Positions 55,938 through 64,000 of a stretch of DNA of 64,000 bases are shown one piece after another. How positions within the stretch are numbered: position 1 is the stretch's first letter; each line of letters starts with the position of its first letter. This DNA comes from Candidatus Latescibacterota bacterium. GTDB lineage: Bacteria > Latescibacterota > UBA2968 > UBA8231. The notes under the pieces are model-generated. The model ran no database searches. It was not told where the DNA came from and worked only from the letters and a program-made list of their open reading frames with translations. The stretch lies in contig OZ241867.1 of the NCBI GenBank assembly GCA_965203175.1, positions 2,592,001 through 2,656,000 of the forward strand, in the 5' to 3' direction. The position numbers were made by a program, and so were the translations under genes.

Positions 55938-57197
55938 ATGACAGAAAACGTGAATACGCACTCCCGCTCCTCGGATCTGAAGATTACTGATATGCGCGTC
56001 GCCAATCTGCGCGGGGCACCGTTCCGCGCGACGATCATCCGCATCGACACCAATCAGGGGATCTCTGGCTACGGCGAGGTGCGCGATGGCGGTAGCCCGA
56101 CCTACGCGCTGATGCTCAAAAGCCGCTTACTCGGCGAAAATCCCTGCAACGTCGATAAGCTCTTCCGCAAGATCAAACAATTCGGCCACCACGCGCGCCA
56201 AGCCGGTGGTGTCTGCGGCGTCGAGATGGCGCTGATGGACTTAGCGGGCAAAGCTTATGATGTGCCAGCCTACCAACTGGCCGGCGGCAAGTTCCGCGAT
56301 CGGATCCTCTGTTACTGCGATACCCCCACGCGAAGCGATGGTCGAGAGATGGGACAATTGCTCAAGGAGCGAATGGAGCGGGGGTTTAAATTCCTCAAAA
56401 TGGACGTTGGCATTGGGTTGCTGCGGGGGGTTGAAGACGCGCTGATCACCCCGCCGGGCATGTTGGAAAGCCAAGGCATTATGCACCCATTTACGGGGAT
56501 CCAGATTACCAATAAGGGCATCGACATCCTCTGCGAATACGTGGCGCAGGTGCGCGAGGTGATCGGCTATGAAGTGCCCTTGGCCGTCGATCACTTTGGC
56601 CACATTGGCATCGAGTCCTGCATCCGCTTGGGCAAGGCACTGGATCAGTTCAGCCTAGCCTGGTACGAGGACATGATCCCTTGGCAGTTGGCCGATCAGT
56701 GGCAGCGGCTCGCCGAAGCCGTGGATACGCCCGTATGCACGGGCGAGGATATCTATCTCAAGGAAAACTTCCTGCCGCTTTTTGAACGGCGTGCCATTGC
56801 CGTCGTCCATCCGGACTTGGCCTCTTCCGGCGGAATCCTCGAGACCAAAAAGATCGGTGACTTGGCGCAGGATCACGGCATTGCCATGGCGTTGCACATG
56901 GCCATGTCGCCGGTGGCGGCGTTGGCTTCGGTACATTGCGCTGCGGCGACCGAAAACTTCATGGTGCTCGAAAACCACTCGGTCGATCAGCTAGATCAGT
57001 GGAGCAGCTTGGTCGAGGGCTTGCCAGTGCCCCTGATTGAGGACGGACACATTGCGGTGCCGGAGGGGCCGGGGCTGGGCTTTAGCGGCCTCAACGAAGA
57101 AGTGCTGCGGTCGTTTGCCGACCCAGAACAGCCGGAGATATTCGGCCCCACCGACGATTGGGACGACGAGCGGCCGCACGACCGCTTGTGGAGCTAA
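55938..57197 (+). CDS. Mandelate racemase/acid-sugar dehydratase family enzyme
   Basis: VEMALMDLAGKA, FLKMD, VDHFGH, WYED, TGED, PEGPGLG. Confidence 0.9.
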   Translation: MTENVNTHSRSSDLKITDMRVANLRGAPFRATIIRIDTNQGISGYGEVRDGGSPTYALMLKSRLLGENPCNVDKLFRKIKQFGHHARQAGGVCGVEMALMDLAGKAYDVPAYQLAGGKFRDRILCYCDTPTRSDGREMGQLLKERMERGFKFLKMDVGIGLLRGVEDALITPPGMLESQGIMHPFTGIQITNKGIDILCEYVAQVREVIGYEVPLAVDHFGHIGIESCIRLGKALDQFSLAWYEDMIPWQLADQWQRLAEAVDTPVCTGEDIYLKENFLPLFERRAIAVVHPDLASSGGILETKKIGDLAQDHGIAMALHMAMSPVAALASVHCAAATENFMVLENHSVDQLDQWSSLVEGLPVPLIEDGHIAVPEGPGLGFSGLNEEVLRSFADPEQPEIFGPTDDWDDERPHDRLWS

Positions 57198-57199
57198 AA

Positions 57200-58258
57200 A
57201 TGGCCTACGACATCGCCGTGCTCAAAGGCGACGGTATCGGACCGGAGGTCATGGACGAGGCCTTAAAGGTGCTCAATGCGTTGGGGACTCCTGCTCTTGC
57301 CTACTCTGAATACCCCTGTGGCGCGGGGTGCTATCTGGAGCAAGGGGATCCGTTGCCGGAGGCGACGGTTGAAGGATGTCGTCAGGCGGATGCAGTACTG
57401 TTGGGAGCGATGGGCCTGCCGCACGTGCGCTGGCCGGACGGGACGGAGATGCGGCCACAAGTGGACTTGCGGTTCCAACTGGACCTATACGCGGGGGTGC
57501 GGCCGATTTACCTCTATGCGGCCGCGCATACTCCGCTCAAAGGCTTAGAGGCGGGCGATATTGATTTCGTCATCCTGCGCGAGAACGTCGAGGGGCTTTT
57601 TGCCTCTATGAACGGCGGCATCCAGTTGCGCGGCGAAGTGGCCGTGGACTCCATGGTCATTACGCGCACGGGCACGGAGCGCGTGGTGCGCTACGCCTTT
57701 GAGTTGGCGCGGCAGCGCGGCCGGACGCCGATGAAGGTAACGTGCGTTGACAAGGCCAACGTCTTCCGCTCGATGGCCTTCTTCCGCAGCGTGTACGATG
57801 AGGTGGCTGCTGACTACCCAGATGTCGAACGCGACTACGCGTACATCGATGCGCTGAGCATGTACTTGGTGCAGCAGCCGGCGGGATACGATGTGCTGGT
57901 CACTGAGAATATGTACGGGGATATCATCTCGGACTTGGCCGCTGGTTTGGTCGGCGGTTTGGGGCTGGCTCCTTCGGGGGACATTGGCGAGGACGCGGCT
58001 GTGTTCCAACCTTCGCACGGTACTGCGCCCGACATTGCCGGGCAGGGCAAGGCCAATCCGGTGGCGATGATCTTGTCCGCGGCCTTGATGCTGCGCTGGT
58101 TGGGTCAGCGGCACGGCGATCCAGAAGCCGCGAGTGGGGCGGACCGAATCGAGAAAGCGGTGCGCGCGGTAATCGGCGAGCAGGGTGTGGGGACGCCAGA
58201 TTTAGGGGGTAAGTTGAGTTGCCGCGAGCTAGGGGAGCGGATTGTCCAAGCACTCTGA
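57200..58258 (+). CDS. Isocitrate/isopropylmalate/tartrate dehydrogenase family
   Basis: GDGIGPEV, RENVEG, DKANV, NMYGDIISDL, HGTAPDIAGQGKANP. Confidence 0.92.
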   Translation: MAYDIAVLKGDGIGPEVMDEALKVLNALGTPALAYSEYPCGAGCYLEQGDPLPEATVEGCRQADAVLLGAMGLPHVRWPDGTEMRPQVDLRFQLDLYAGVRPIYLYAAAHTPLKGLEAGDIDFVILRENVEGLFASMNGGIQLRGEVAVDSMVITRTGTERVVRYAFELARQRGRTPMKVTCVDKANVFRSMAFFRSVYDEVAADYPDVERDYAYIDALSMYLVQQPAGYDVLVTENMYGDIISDLAAGLVGGLGLAPSGDIGEDAAVFQPSHGTAPDIAGQGKANPVAMILSAALMLRWLGQRHGDPEAASGADRIEKAVRAVIGEQGVGTPDLGGKLSCRELGERIVQAL

Positions 58259-58259
58259 C

Positions 58260-59426
58260 ATGAATCGCCGGACCTTTCTCGGTTTGGGCCTAAGCGCGGC
58301 TGTGTGGCCTACATTGGGTCGCGCTGCGCCCGTGCGGCCGGAGCGGGCGCGCTTGCGCGAGTTGGGCATTGTCATTGGTGAGTTGGCGACTGGTCCTCAC
58401 AACGCCATCACTGATGTCGAGGGCGTGCAGGTCGGCCATCTGACGCTGATTGAGGATGGGGGGCCGGACTTCGGCGAGACTTCGGCGAGCTCAGTCGAGC
58501 CGCTCAGTCGAGTCGTGCGCACGGGCGTGACGGCGATTGTGCCGCGCACGCCCGCGTTTGCCGCGGACTTTACGCTCAACGGCAATGGTGAGCTGATGGG
58601 GGTAGGCTCGATGCGCCGCACGGGCCTGTTGGCTGGCCCCGTCCTTTTTACCAACACGTCCAGCGTCGGTGCGGTGTACGATGGGGCGGTGGAGTGGATG
58701 CTGGCGCGCGATCCCGACCTGTTCAAAAGCGATTTGCAGCCCGCGCCCATAGTCGGCGAGACGTGGGCTGCGTTTCTCCACGACGAAGTCGGGCGGCACG
58801 TGCGACCTGAACACGCGGTAGCAGCCCTCGACGAGGCGCACGGCGGGCCGGTAGCCGAAGGCTGCGTCGGCGGTGGGACCGGGATGCGGGCCTATAGCTT
58901 TAAGGCTGGCATTGGCACGGCGTCGCGCAAAGTTGCCTGCGGCGATCGGGTCTATACCGTGGGCGTGTTGGTGCAGGCGAATTTTGGTCGGCGGCCCCAG
59001 CTACGCGTTGATGGCGTCCCGGTGGGCCGGGAGATTACCGACCTGATGCCGGCGCGCGGTGGCAAGAGCAAGTCCATGATCGCGGCCGTGGCTACAGACG
59101 CGCCGTTGATCCCGATTCAACTCCAGCGCGTGTGCAAGCGGGTGGCTTTGGGCATGGCGCGCACGGGCGCGATCTCTACCCAAGGCAGCGGCGATCTCTG
59201 GCTGGCGTTTTCCACGGCTTCTCCTGAGCCGCCGGACGCGCTCGCTATGCTATCCGATCGCTGGATCTCGGGTGTGTTCCAAGGCGTAATTGAGGCTACG
59301 GAGGAAGCCATTCTCAACTCGCTGACTACGGCCCACACCATGACTGGCCGCGGCGGCAATACTATCTACGCCCTGCCGCTGGATCGCTTGCTCGAAATCA
59401 TGCGCGCATACGGTCGGCTCAAATGA
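58260..59426 (+). CDS. DmpA/P1-family aminopeptidase with Tat signal
   Basis: MNRRTFL signal; NAITDVEGVQVGH, RTGVTAI, NGNGE, GGGTGM, GSGD autoproteolysis site. Confidence 0.9.
   Translation: MNRRTFLGLGLSAAVWPTLGRAAPVRPERARLRELGIVIGELATGPHNAITDVEGVQVGHLTLIEDGGPDFGETSASSVEPLSRVVRTGVTAIVPRTPAFAADFTLNGNGELMGVGSMRRTGLLAGPVLFTNTSSVGAVYDGAVEWMLARDPDLFKSDLQPAPIVGETWAAFLHDEVGRHVRPEHAVAALDEAHGGPVAEGCVGGGTGMRAYSFKAGIGTASRKVACGDRVYTVGVLVQANFGRRPQLRVDGVPVGREITDLMPARGGKSKSMIAAVATDAPLIPIQLQRVCKRVALGMARTGAISTQGSGDLWLAFSTASPEPPDALAMLSDRWISGVFQGVIEATEEAILNSLTTAHTMTGRGGNTIYALPLDRLLEIMRAYGRLK
58467..58514. repeat. 24-bp palindromic element nested inside a second copy, in frame
   Basis: GACTTCGGCGA[GACTTCGGCGAGCTCAGTCGAGCC]GCTCAGTCGAGTC. 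Confidence 0.85.
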
Positions 59427-60418
59427 ATCGCTCGCGCTTAGCGGGAGATGCGGCGGGGCCGCACAACGCCATTGTCGATGTGGCAGGAGTCAGCGTGGGC
59501 CATGTGGATATTCGCACGCCTGACCTTCGGCTGAGCTCAGGTCGAAGCCTGCACACCGGCCTTACAGCCATTGTTCCGTATCCAGCCTCAGTAGAAGAGC
59601 GCAAGCTGTTTATCGGTCGCTTCTCCATAGACGGTGGCGACGCCATGAGCGGCCTTGGGGTCGCCGAAGACTTCGGCACCTTTTCTTCGCCCATTGTTCT
59701 TGCCCCGACCCCGGTCGTCGGCCGGGTGTACGAATCCTTAATTCGCCACAGCTTGGGCCGCGACACCGGACTATCGACCGTGGCTGGCTGGCCGCCGGTG
59801 GTCGTGGGGATTGACGACACGGCTGTCAACGATCCTGCGTTCGTGCGCAAGGTTCTGACGCACGCCCACGCAGACGAGGCGTTGGCCAGTGCTGGCAGCG
59901 CGGTGCCCACGGGCAATGCTGGAGTCGGCGGCGGATTGCAGGCCTTTGGCTACAAGGGCGGCATCGGCACGGCCTCGCGCCGGGCTGGCGAATACGCGCT
60001 GGGGGTGCTGGCTGCGGTCAACGGGGGGCGCGAGTTGCGTTGGGCCGGACGCGTCTTGCCGGTGGGCGAGCAGACTGAGGGACCGCAGACTTTTGCTGCG
60101 GTGGTGGCTACGGACGCGCCCCTGATCCCGCGTCAACTAGAGCGGTTGGCTGGCCGCGCTGCGCTGGGGTTGGCGCGGACGGGTTTGTGGAACCCGCATA
60201 CGCGCGAAGGACTCGTTCTCGCCTTTTCCACCACGGGCATTATCCAAGAGCTGGACGCACCTGTGAAGATGGTGGACGAAGAAAAGCTCTATTCTCTCTT
60301 TGCCGCTGGAGCTGCGGCTGCCGAAGGTGCGGTCGTTGATGCTCTTTTGGCCGCCGAGACGGTCGGGGATCTCAAAGCCATGCCGCAAACCGACTCGCTG
60401 AAAGAGGAAGACGGTTGA
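59423..60418 (+). CDS. DmpA/P1-family paralog lacking the GSGD cleavage motif
   Basis: NAIVDVAGVSVGH, GGIGTASR, ATDAPL; HTREGLVLAFST where the paralog has QGSGDLWLAFST. Confidence 0.85.
   Translation: MNRSRLAGDAAGPHNAIVDVAGVSVGHVDIRTPDLRLSSGRSLHTGLTAIVPYPASVEERKLFIGRFSIDGGDAMSGLGVAEDFGTFSSPIVLAPTPVVGRVYESLIRHSLGRDTGLSTVAGWPPVVVGIDDTAVNDPAFVRKVLTHAHADEALASAGSAVPTGNAGVGGGLQAFGYKGGIGTASRRAGEYALGVLAAVNGGRELRWAGRVLPVGEQTEGPQTFAAVVATDAPLIPRQLERLAGRAALGLARTGLWNPHTREGLVLAFSTTGIIQELDAPVKMVDEEKLYSLFAAGAAAAEGAVVDALLAAETVGDLKAMPQTDSLKEEDG
59522..59548. repeat. 27-bp palindromic element inserted in frame
   Basis: GACCTTCGGCTGAGCTCAGGTCGAAGC, same family as 58467 element and at the equivalent protein position. 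Confidence 0.75.
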
Positions 60419-61542
60419 GTCGCAGCTTGCTCAACGATCAAGATGCGCTCAGCGCCTTCCGCGCTCGGCTCTTGGCTTGGTATCGCCAAAACAAGCGGCA
60501 GACGAGTTGGCGCGACAGCGGCAATCCCTATCACGTCTGGGTATCCGAGGTCATGTTGCAACAGACTCGGGTGGATCAGATGGCCCCCTATTTCGAGCGT
60601 TTTATCCGCGCGTTTCCCACGCTTCAAACGCTGGCCGCTGCTTCCGAGGATCAAGTGCTCAAGGTCTGGGAGGGTTTGGGCTACTATGCGCGGGCGCGCA
60701 ATATGCACAAGGCGGCCAAGCGCATGGCCTTTGAGTTGGGAGGCCGCATACCGGATACGTACCAAGAGCTGATCGAGCTGCCTGGCATTGGCCAATACAC
60801 GGCCGCGGCCGTCAGCAGCATTGCCTTTGACCGCGATCACCCGGTGCTCGACGGCAATGTAACTCGCGTGCTCTGCCGCTTGTTGCGGATTGAGGAAGAG
60901 CCGACCCGCGCCCACGTCAAGGCGCAGCTCATCGCCGCTGGAGAGACTCTGCTGGCCCGGGGCGAGGCCGGCGACTTCAATCAGGCGATGATGGAGTTGG
61001 GGTCGAGAGTCTGTACGCCGCAAAGCCCTTCTTGCCCGACGTGTCCAGTCGGTGACTGGTGTCGGGCCAAGGCCGAACTGGACGATCCGGCTTCCCTACC
61101 GCGCAAGGCCCCTAGGAAACAGAGGCCGCATTATCACGTGGCGGCTGGCTTGATTCGCAAGGGCGACGAGTTGCTAATTGCCCAGCGACCGGCCGAGGGG
61201 ATGCTCGGCGGCCTGTGGGAATTTCCCGGGGGCAAGCAGGAGCCCGGCGAGACTCTGCCCGAATGCTTGGTGCGCGAGATCCGCGAGGAATTAGGTATTG
61301 AGATTGAGGTGGGTGCGCGCCTGACGAGCGTGGATCACGCCTATTCGCATTTTAGCATTACCTTGCACGCTTTTGCCGCCCGCTATGTGTGCGGCACCCC
61401 CGAGGCGCTGGGTTGCGCTGCTTGGCGTTGGGTTGAGCCGGAGGCTTTGGACGACTTCGCTCTGCCGCGAGCCGATCGCCTGATCGTGGAATTCATGCGC
61501 GAACACGCACAGCAGATGGAGCTGTTTGGTGAAAGCAAGTGA
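60415..61542 (+). CDS. mutY: A/G-specific adenine glycosylase with C-terminal NUDIX domain
   Basis: WVSEVMLQQTRV, WEGLGYYARARN, LPGIGQYTA, LDGNV, CX6CX2CX5C, WEFPGGK. Confidence 0.97.
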   Translation: MSRSLLNDQDALSAFRARLLAWYRQNKRQTSWRDSGNPYHVWVSEVMLQQTRVDQMAPYFERFIRAFPTLQTLAAASEDQVLKVWEGLGYYARARNMHKAAKRMAFELGGRIPDTYQELIELPGIGQYTAAAVSSIAFDRDHPVLDGNVTRVLCRLLRIEEEPTRAHVKAQLIAAGETLLARGEAGDFNQAMMELGSRVCTPQSPSCPTCPVGDWCRAKAELDDPASLPRKAPRKQRPHYHVAAGLIRKGDELLIAQRPAEGMLGGLWEFPGGKQEPGETLPECLVREIREELGIEIEVGARLTSVDHAYSHFSITLHAFAARYVCGTPEALGCAAWRWVEPEALDDFALPRADRLIVEFMREHAQQMELFGESK

Positions 61543-62428
61543 ACTGCTAGTCGAGGGGAGACGCCGCGCACCGGGGCTGATCTTGCGCGGACTGTGCATG
61601 GGGACAGCCGATGTGATTCCTGGGGTTTCTGGGGGGACGATCGCCTTGATTACGGGCATTTACGACGAGTTGGTCGGGACTATTGCCGCAGTTGATCAAC
61701 GGCTCGTGAGCGCCTTGGTGCGGGGACGCTTGATCGAAGTGTTGCACCGAGTCAACGCCTCCTTCTTGGTGCCGCTACTGCTCGGTATCGGCTTGGCCAT
61801 TGCCTCGCTGGCCAAGTTCATAACTTGGCTGCTGGCAACGCACCCTCAGCCCGTGTGGGGCTTTTTCACCGGCTTGATCTTGGCGAGTGCGCTCGTGGTC
61901 GCGCGGCAGGTTGCTGGATGGAAGACGGCGCAGTGGGGGTTGACGGCGCTCGGTGCAGTGGCTGGCTACGCTATTACCACATTGGTGCCGGTCGAGACTG
62001 GGACTGAGGGGTACAAGTTTGCGCTGGCTGGCATGGTGGCCATTTGCGCGATGATTCTGCCGGGGATTAGCGGCTCGTTTTTGCTGGTAGTCATGGGCAA
62101 ATACCAGCAGGTCTTGACCGCGGTACACGAGTTTGATTGGGCGATCTTGGCCCTCTTCGGCGTTGGGGGGATTGTCGGCTTACTGGGCTTTTCGCGGTTG
62201 CTCAAGCACCTGCTGAATCGCTTTCGCGCTGGCACAATGGCCTTTTTAGTGGGGCTGATGTTGGGTTCCCTGCGCAAGGTGTGGCCGTTCCGCAACGAGC
62301 TGGAGGACGGGCGCTACGAATGCGCGTGGCCGCAGGAGTTTAGCGGCGAGGTTTGGCTGAGCTTGGGGCTGATTGCGGTGGGCGTTGTGCTGGTTTTGGC
62401 GTTGGAGCGGCTGGGTAGAAGGCGGTGA
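61526..62428 (+). CDS. DUF368 membrane protein (undecaprenyl-phosphate recycling family)
   Basis: MGTADVIPGVSGGTIALITGIY and AMILPGISGSF repeats. Confidence 0.92.
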   Translation: MVKASELLVEGRRRAPGLILRGLCMGTADVIPGVSGGTIALITGIYDELVGTIAAVDQRLVSALVRGRLIEVLHRVNASFLVPLLLGIGLAIASLAKFITWLLATHPQPVWGFFTGLILASALVVARQVAGWKTAQWGLTALGAVAGYAITTLVPVETGTEGYKFALAGMVAICAMILPGISGSFLLVVMGKYQQVLTAVHEFDWAILALFGVGGIVGLLGFSRLLKHLLNRFRAGTMAFLVGLMLGSLRKVWPFRNELEDGRYECAWPQEFSGEVWLSLGLIAVGVVLVLALERLGRRR

Positions 62429-62533
62429 AACGCTTTCGTCTAGTCATCAAATGGTAAAAACCACACCAAACGTTAAAGGAAGAATCGTATGAAATTTACC
62501 ACCGGCCCACTAGACACCTGTAGACTCTTCCGC

Positions 62534-62617
62534 TAGTTTAGGCAATAATTTTGCAAGCGATGAAGTTACAATAGGTAGTTTAGGCAATAATTTTGCAAGC
62601 GATGAAGTTACAATAGG
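62534..62617. repeat. Perfect 42-bp tandem duplication
   Basis: TAGTTTAGGCAATAATTTTGCAAGCGATGAAGTTACAATAGG twice, no spacer. Confidence 0.95.
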
Positions 62618-62654
62618 AAGCCCCTTCGCCTGAAGGGTCTCTTTAGCTTTATCC

Positions 62655-63814
62655 GGCGTTGTTGCATGAAAGCTGTGTTCGGGTCTTGAAATGAGTCAGG
62701 CTCTTCGGTTAGATTGGTTCGTGGTTTCCAGCAAGAAACACGTTCCTTTCTTCCCAAAGAGCCTGTGATGAGCAAAGTATCTGGCAGTTCGCCCTCGGTC
62801 AAGTCGCAACCGGTGTATCGGGTTAAGAATTGGTCGTCGTATAATCGGGCGTTGGTGGCTCGTGGTAGCCTGACGGTGTGGCTGGACGATGGTCTGTGGA
62901 AGCAATGGTATGCTCAGGGGCCATCGCAACGGGGTGCTCAGTTTGTCTATTCGGATCCAGCGATTGAATGGATGTTGACGATGCGGGTGTTGCTTGGGTT
63001 GCCGTTGCGCCAGACGCAGGGGTTTATCCAATCGCTGTTGGACTTGATGGGGTTGGCCTTGGCCGTGCCGGACTACTCGACCTTGTCGCGTCGCCAAGGG
63101 GCCTTGGCGGTGGAGTTGCCGAAAAAGCAGCCCGATAGCCCGGCTAGCCCGATGCACTTGGTAGTGGATTCGACGGGTTTGAAAGTCTATGGCGAGGGCG
63201 AGAGGAAAGTCCGTCAACACGGCTGGACCAAACGGCGCACGTGGCGCAAACTGCATGTGGGGGTCAACGAGGCCACCGGCGAGGTGGTCGCGCAGACGTT
63301 GACGTCCCATCGGATCGATGATGCCTCGCAGGTGGCCCCTCTGTTGACCCAAGTCGACGAGGCGGTGGAGGCGGTAGGCGGCGATGGGGCCTATGACAAA
63401 CAGAAGGTGTTCGACGCCTTGGCCACGCGGAGTGATCCCTCGATTCGGCCGATCATCGCACTGCGCAAAGACGCTACAATCCATCAGCATGGTAATTGTA
63501 AGGTCCCCCCGTTGGCGCGCGATGAAATCCTGCGGGCCATACGACGAAAGGGACGCAAGGAGTGGAAACAGGCCAGTGGCTATCATCGACGCTCGTTGGC
63601 CGAAACGCAAATCTATCGCTATAAGCACCTCATCGGCGACAAGCTGAAGGCGCGTAGCTGGATCAACCAACAGGTCGAAAGTCGCCTCGGCTGTGCCCTC
63701 CTCAATCGAATGATCCATGTGGGCAAACCCCAGTCGTATCGAGTAGAAAAAATCAACTGAACAAAAAACAACATTCGACAATGATGCCCCAGATATGATT
63801 CATGCAACAACGCC
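62655..63814 (+). mobile_element. IS5-family (IS903 group) insertion sequence
   Basis: 16-bp terminal inverted repeats GGCGTTGTTGCATGAA / TTCATGCAACAACGCC; no target-site duplication visible. Confidence 0.92.
62768..63760 (+). CDS. IS5-family DDE transposase
   Basis: YRVKNWSSYNRALVARGSLTVW, PDYSTLSRR, VDSTGLK, WRKLH, DGAYD, YHRRSLAET. Confidence 0.95.
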   Translation: MSKVSGSSPSVKSQPVYRVKNWSSYNRALVARGSLTVWLDDGLWKQWYAQGPSQRGAQFVYSDPAIEWMLTMRVLLGLPLRQTQGFIQSLLDLMGLALAVPDYSTLSRRQGALAVELPKKQPDSPASPMHLVVDSTGLKVYGEGERKVRQHGWTKRRTWRKLHVGVNEATGEVVAQTLTSHRIDDASQVAPLLTQVDEAVEAVGGDGAYDKQKVFDALATRSDPSIRPIIALRKDATIHQHGNCKVPPLARDEILRAIRRKGRKEWKQASGYHRRSLAETQIYRYKHLIGDKLKARSWINQQVESRLGCALLNRMIHVGKPQSYRVEKIN

Positions 63815-63815
63815 G

Positions 63816-64000
63816 GTCGTTCCCAAAATTCCGGATGAGAAGAGTCCTCAAAAATACAAGGATAAGTCTCAGTTCACGTTCGCCTTCGAGGAGCTTGAAA
63901 ACAATCTCCATCCGGCCCTCTTACGGCGGTTGTTCCAGTATCTTGAGGATTACGCAGTGAAAGAAAAAGCGACGATCTTCCTAACGACCCATTCGAGCAT
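63816..64000 (+). pseudogene. 3' fragment of an ABC/OLD-type ATPase gene beginning at the IS end
   Basis: Manual translation ..FAFEELENNLHPALLRRLFQYL..IFLTTHS (Walker B, D-loop, H-loop); no 5' half left of the IS. Confidence 0.75.

Noticed and set aside
57200-58258. leuB
   Set aside because: No leu genes nearby and context is acid-sugar catabolism; substrate cannot be assigned by eye
62534-62617. Possible CRISPR array
   Set aside because: Two directly adjacent 42-bp copies with no spacer and no cas genes in the window

Overview
Bacterial chromosomal window (mostly GC-rich, with AT-richer islands). The FlgD-Ig C-terminal domain, class I LysRS, PhyH pair, many toxin-antitoxin (TA) modules and an M9 collagenase suggest a Latescibacterota-like, possibly sponge-associated organism (inference only). 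Main contents: (1) housekeeping genes (class I lysS, infA, fbp, eukaryote-type hisA, rsmD, mutY, yciH, DUF368); (2) an 8.7-kb bacterial microcompartment (BMC) operon (9837-18550) that I cannot assign to a known type: acylating aldehyde dehydrogenase, PduL, BMC-P, BMC-H, two BMC-T, a shell protein with FOUR BMC domains, a Cys-rich protein with an encapsulation peptide, two DHDPS-family enzymes and a DAO-family flavo-oxidase, next to an FAH-family gene and rhamnose mutarotase; (3) two defence/TA islands (about 18.9-21.4 kb and 37.9-46.4 kb) with Abi_C, a type IIG RM enzyme, BrnT, an antitoxin-like peptide fused to FRG-TPR (a second copy of the peptide lies in frame upstream of the RM gene), an AAA ATPase/DUF3226 pair and several antitoxins whose toxins are broken or absent; (4) a DtxR/MntR-regulated TroABCD-type transporter with DtxR-like tails on both permeases; (5) short palindromic elements inserted in frame in three genes, one nested in itself; (6) a hairpin-rich ~450-nt non-coding region with tandem terminators; (7) an IS5/IS903-group element abutting a truncated ATPase gene. 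All family calls come from motif recognition by eye, not database searches.
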